In this document: positions 60,850 to 64,000 of the stretch, in pieces
How the letters are laid out: each line of letters begins with the position of its first letter
Numbering within the stretch: the first letter of the stretch is position 1
Source: Thermoproteota archaeon
GTDB taxonomy: Archaea > Thermoproteota > Thermoprotei_A > Sulfolobales > Ignisphaeraceae
Direction: 5' to 3'
Length of the DNA stretch: 64,000 bases
Assembly: GCA_030550585.1 (NCBI GenBank)
Contig: JAUQPB010000002.1
Span: 288,001 to 352,000, forward strand
Made by a program: the position numbers and the translations under genes
Notes under the pieces: generated by a model
Told to the model about the DNA's origin: nothing
Databases searched by the model: none
Seen by the model: only the letters and a program-made list of their open reading frames with translations

Positions 60850-61800
60850 CTAGCTTTGGCTTGGTATCCACAGGTATAGTGGCTTGCCCACAAACTCTGT
60901 TGACAAACCGTTTTCCATGTTGCTTACTCCGCCAATCTTTATCTCAACACCTTTGATCTCGATGTCTAGACCCAGAAGCTGTTGCAACAAGCTCTTCGGC
61001 TTCTCGATCTTTACAACTGGTGCTTGTGGGGATAGGCCAGCTAGTTGCCTAGCTATATTAACTGCATCGTCTAGTGTGCCGACATAGTCTGCCAAACCCA
61101 CTTTGACAGCATCTTCGCCGAGGTATATCCTCGCCTGGAAAACCTCGCTATCGCTAATTTTTCTATGCTCCCTAACCCTCTCTATGAATATCTGGGCAGT
61201 TTTATTCACAATGTCTTGTAGGATTTCAACCTCTTTTTGCGTCAATGGCCTGAACGGGGATGTGATGTCCTTGTACACACCAGATTTTAGCACAGTTACA
61301 TTGACTCCAAGCTTATTCAGAAGATCCTCAATGTTGACAACCTCCATAACAGCGCCAACAGAGCCTACAAGCGCATGTGGATTCACCACAATTTTTTGCG
61401 CTGGAAGAGAGATGTAGTAGCCGCCACTAGCCAAAACTTCTGGAGAGTAGACAACAACGGGCTTCGACTCGGCAAGCCTCTTAATCAACTGGTATATCTC
61501 CTCAGATGCAGCTGCAGACCCACCTGGGCTGTTAATCGATATGACAACAGCTCTTATAGATGGGTCGGAGAGGGCTTGATCTACATAGTACTTCACATCA
61601 GACGGTGTTATAGAGCCACTCGAAACTATGTTTAGAGAGGCGCCGCTATAGCTTATAGTCCCGCTAAGCTCTATCAACGCCACCGCCCCTATCCTCAGCC
61701 TCTCTATCTGCTGAACGAAAAACCATATCGAAACCCCCAAAACAATTGATGCAACAACAGCTACCGAAACTATTATGATTAGCAATGTTCTTCTCTTCAT
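60850..61800 (-). CDS. sppA: Signal peptide peptidase SppA (S49)
   Basis: INSPGG, ASGGYY, GSVG, KSG.YKD and GLAD..G motifs. Confidence 0.92.
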   Translation of the reverse strand: MKRRTLLIIIVSVAVVASIVLGVSIWFFVQQIERLRIGAVALIELSGTISYSGASLNIVSSGSITPSDVKYYVDQALSDPSIRAVVISINSPGGSAAASEEIYQLIKRLAESKPVVVYSPEVLASGGYYISLPAQKIVVNPHALVGSVGAVMEVVNIEDLLNKLGVNVTVLKSGVYKDITSPFRPLTQKEVEILQDIVNKTAQIFIERVREHRKISDSEVFQARIYLGEDAVKVGLADYVGTLDDAVNIARQLAGLSPQAPVVKIEKPKSLLQQLLGLDIEIKGVEIKIGGVSNMENGLSTEFVGKPLYLWIPSQS

Positions 61801-61959
61801 AAATAGCACCAAAATATTCTGTAGTACAATAAATGATTTGAATAGATATATAAATATTTTTTACTGTAGTGGCAAAGAGACTGCCTAAGGTAAGCAAACA
61901 TGCGTAGATACTAATGAGTTTATATGTTTGCCTTCCATAAATAGTGATTCTAGTGTGAG

Positions 61960-62643
61960 ATGGTGTCTACACAATCTACAGGCCTGTCATTGGCAGAGCC
62001 TCTGGAGAGGATTAGGTCAGGAACCCCGATAATAACAATAGGATCTTTGCTTAAGAGCATCGGAAACGTGATATTGATGATGTTAATACCATCGATATTA
62101 AAGGTGCTTGCAAACCCACGCTCAATAGTGCATGCAATATCCGGAGGCATTTTTGCTATAGTCCTTTCGTTTATAGGATTCATAGTGATTTTGGTTGGTT
62201 TGTACACAGGATTGGTTCCAGGTGTTAGAAGGCTTTCAAAGATTGATGACAGGTTCTCAACAGCTTCAACACTTATAAGAATTGGATATGTGTGGGGGAT
62301 GATACTGCTAGTAATAGGAATTGCTATTGCTGTTGTAGGACTCATATCCTACCTTCCTGTTGTCATATCTCGTGGCAGGCAATTCGCTGTGGAGCCTCTT
62401 GCTGTATTGGCTACAGGTGCGATCATGACAATATTTAGTTTGATACTTATGTTACTAGGCTATATAGGGATTATAATACTTGCATTTAAATTTAATGATG
62501 TTGAACATGATGGTCTTTATCTAGCGGCTGGAATACTCTTCATATTAGGCATATTCGTACCATTTGCAACGTTTGTGGCATGGATACTCATGTATATAGC
62601 CCTTGGAAAGAGTATCGAAAGGCATAAGGCACCTTCACAATAG
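61960..62643 (+). CDS. Membrane protein (DUF973-like)
   Basis: Five to six TM segments; LYLAAGILFI...FVAWILMY.ALG. Confidence 0.65.
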   Translation: MVSTQSTGLSLAEPLERIRSGTPIITIGSLLKSIGNVILMMLIPSILKVLANPRSIVHAISGGIFAIVLSFIGFIVILVGLYTGLVPGVRRLSKIDDRFSTASTLIRIGYVWGMILLVIGIAIAVVGLISYLPVVISRGRQFAVEPLAVLATGAIMTIFSLILMLLGYIGIIILAFKFNDVEHDGLYLAAGILFILGIFVPFATFVAWILMYIALGKSIERHKAPSQ

Positions 62644-62751
62644 CCTGTCCCAGCACCAGCATCATCTCCTGTCCAAATATTGTAGTAAAACATTGTAAAT
62701 ACGCCACATTTTTATTTTGTCGCCATCGCCAAATTCTTTTAAAAAACTGTT

Positions 62752-63369
62752 TTGGTGTTGGAGGTGCTTGTTGGGGAGGGGAGCGTAGTTGTTGAATTGA
62801 TAGAAAAGCTTGTTAGAATGCTTGTTCCAGACGATGTGGCTCATGGCATTGGCCATGTGATGAGGGTTAGAGATCTAGCTCTAGAGATTGCCAGCATGGT
62901 TGAGGAGCCTGTTGATAGAGAGGTTTTGGAGCTGGCTGCTCTTCTACATGATGTAGGGAGGCTCTATAGTGATGAGGGGCATGCTAAGAGAAGTGCAGAG
63001 ATTGCTAGGATACTTCTAGAGCTTGCAAACTATCCAAAGGATAGAATAGACAGGGTTGTAGAAGCCATAGAATCCCACAGCTTCTCCGAGGGCAAAGAGC
63101 CTAGAACTATTGAAGCTAAGATTCTCAGCGATGCTGATAAGTTAGATGCGTTGGGGGCGATAGGAATAGCAAGAGTATTTTCACATAGTTGTGTCAAGAG
63201 CAGGTCACTTGAAGACAGCTTGAAGCACTTTCACGACAAAATCTTGCAGTTACCAAAAATGATGTTTACAGAACCTGGGAAGAGAATGGCAATCAAAAGA
63301 ATTGAAATTATTGAAAGGTTTCTTGCAGAACTTGAGCAAGAATTAGAAGTATCAAGAACGCGTGGCTGA
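62752..63369 (+). CDS. HD-domain phosphohydrolase
   Basis: AHG..H..RV, LLHDVG, HSFS, DADKLDALGAIG.AR and HFHDK motifs. Confidence 0.92.
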   Translation: MVLEVLVGEGSVVVELIEKLVRMLVPDDVAHGIGHVMRVRDLALEIASMVEEPVDREVLELAALLHDVGRLYSDEGHAKRSAEIARILLELANYPKDRIDRVVEAIESHSFSEGKEPRTIEAKILSDADKLDALGAIGIARVFSHSCVKSRSLEDSLKHFHDKILQLPKMMFTEPGKRMAIKRIEIIERFLAELEQELEVSRTRG

Positions 63370-63385
63370 AACTGGGATTAGTAGT

Positions 63386-63435
63386 TCAGGGAGGGGGCCA
63401 CCACATCACAAATCAGAATGACTATCGATCATCAT
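63386..63435 (-). ncRNA. C/D-box methylation guide sRNA
   Basis: Minus strand: ATGATGA tcgatagtcatt CTGA ttt GTGATGT ggtggccccctcc CTGA. Confidence 0.88.
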
Positions 63436-63798
63436 ATCCAAGCATGTAGCACAGTTATGTTACTGTTGTTTCCGCAGATATCCTTTGCATTTACACTATT
63501 TTGTGTTACAAATCTTTTTAGTGTTAACAGCTTTTCAATGACGTCTTCACCAACTTTAAGCGCCGTAGCATTGTTAGGTATACATCAGCTTGATTCAGCT
63601 CAGACTCCGAGGTTTAAGTCTTGAGCACGCCACTCTATGTAATACACATCCTCAGGCTATGTAATTGTGGTTTCATTTTATACTGGGATTCGTATACTCT
63701 TCGTATAATTGATTGTTGACAACATTGTTGAACAAGGTGCAAAATCTTGTTATGCCAAATTGTTGTGGCAAAGAAAAATTTGATATCTTGATCAAACC

Positions 63799-63999
63799 TC
63801 AAAGTTTTCCATGTGATAGATAGTTACTTATGCTCCTCCCTGCTCTGAGGCCACTCCCATATGCACTGCCTATAAAGCTTGGTCCCGCTACAACATCTCC
63901 TGCTGCAAAAATATTTTCTTTGTTTGTCTGATGATATTTGTTAACTATTATCTTACAAGAAGATCCGTCGAGCGATATTAATGTGTAATGCCTTGTGAA
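63799..63999 (-). CDS. C-terminus of a GltD/SudA-like FAD-dependent oxidoreductase (partial; absent from the ORF track)
   Basis: Manual translation ...KIIVNKYHQTNKENIFAAGDVVAGPSFIGSAYGSGLRAGRSISNYLSHGKL*; T...IFAAGD FAD motif. Confidence 0.85.
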   Translation of the reverse strand, partial: FTRHYTLISLDGSSCKIIVNKYHQTNKENIFAAGDVVAGPSFIGSAYGSGLRAGRSISNYLSHGKL

Positions 64000-64000
64000 T

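Noticed and set aside
63580-63610. Two in-frame TGA codons as selenocysteine
   Set aside because: No selenoprotein motif or recognisable SECIS; decay is the simpler explanation
1-64000. tRNA, rRNA, IS or integrase genes
   Set aside because: No GC-rich cloverleaf or rRNA-like tract and no transposase or integrase motif seen by eye; tRNAscan-SE/Infernal would be needed to exclude them

Overview
This 64 kb window is gene-dense archaeal chromosome. Gene content (PolB3, exosome-type DnaG, archaeal TyrRS/PheRS, GGTG(A) ribosome-binding sites, TTTA[T/A]A boxes) points to a thermophilic crenarchaeote, probably Desulfurococcales (inference). It is mostly housekeeping: translation and replication genes, purE-purK, an Opp-family ABC importer, hypFD-hypCE, an ECF transporter with pantoate kinase, feoB-feoA, pyk, hsp20 and sppA. 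I saw no tRNA, rRNA, CRISPR array or transposase. Signals the ORF track does not explain: (1) five intergenic C/D-box guide sRNAs, four sharing the linker CTGA-WWT-GTGATGW; (2) a stand-alone CARF-like+PIN gene beside a coiled-coil PD-(D/E)XK gene, with no cas genes in the window; (3) apparent pseudo-enzymes, namely a ThrC-wHTH fusion lacking the PLP lysine and an ACS-like plus MBL pair with broken motifs at the end of the hypCE operon; (4) two genes that appear to need non-canonical start codons (CTG; ATT/ATA); (5) a DtxR-like operator at feoB and feoA; (6) a 5' G/T-rich to 3' A/C-rich gradient along transcription units. All calls come from motif recognition by eye; no searches were run.
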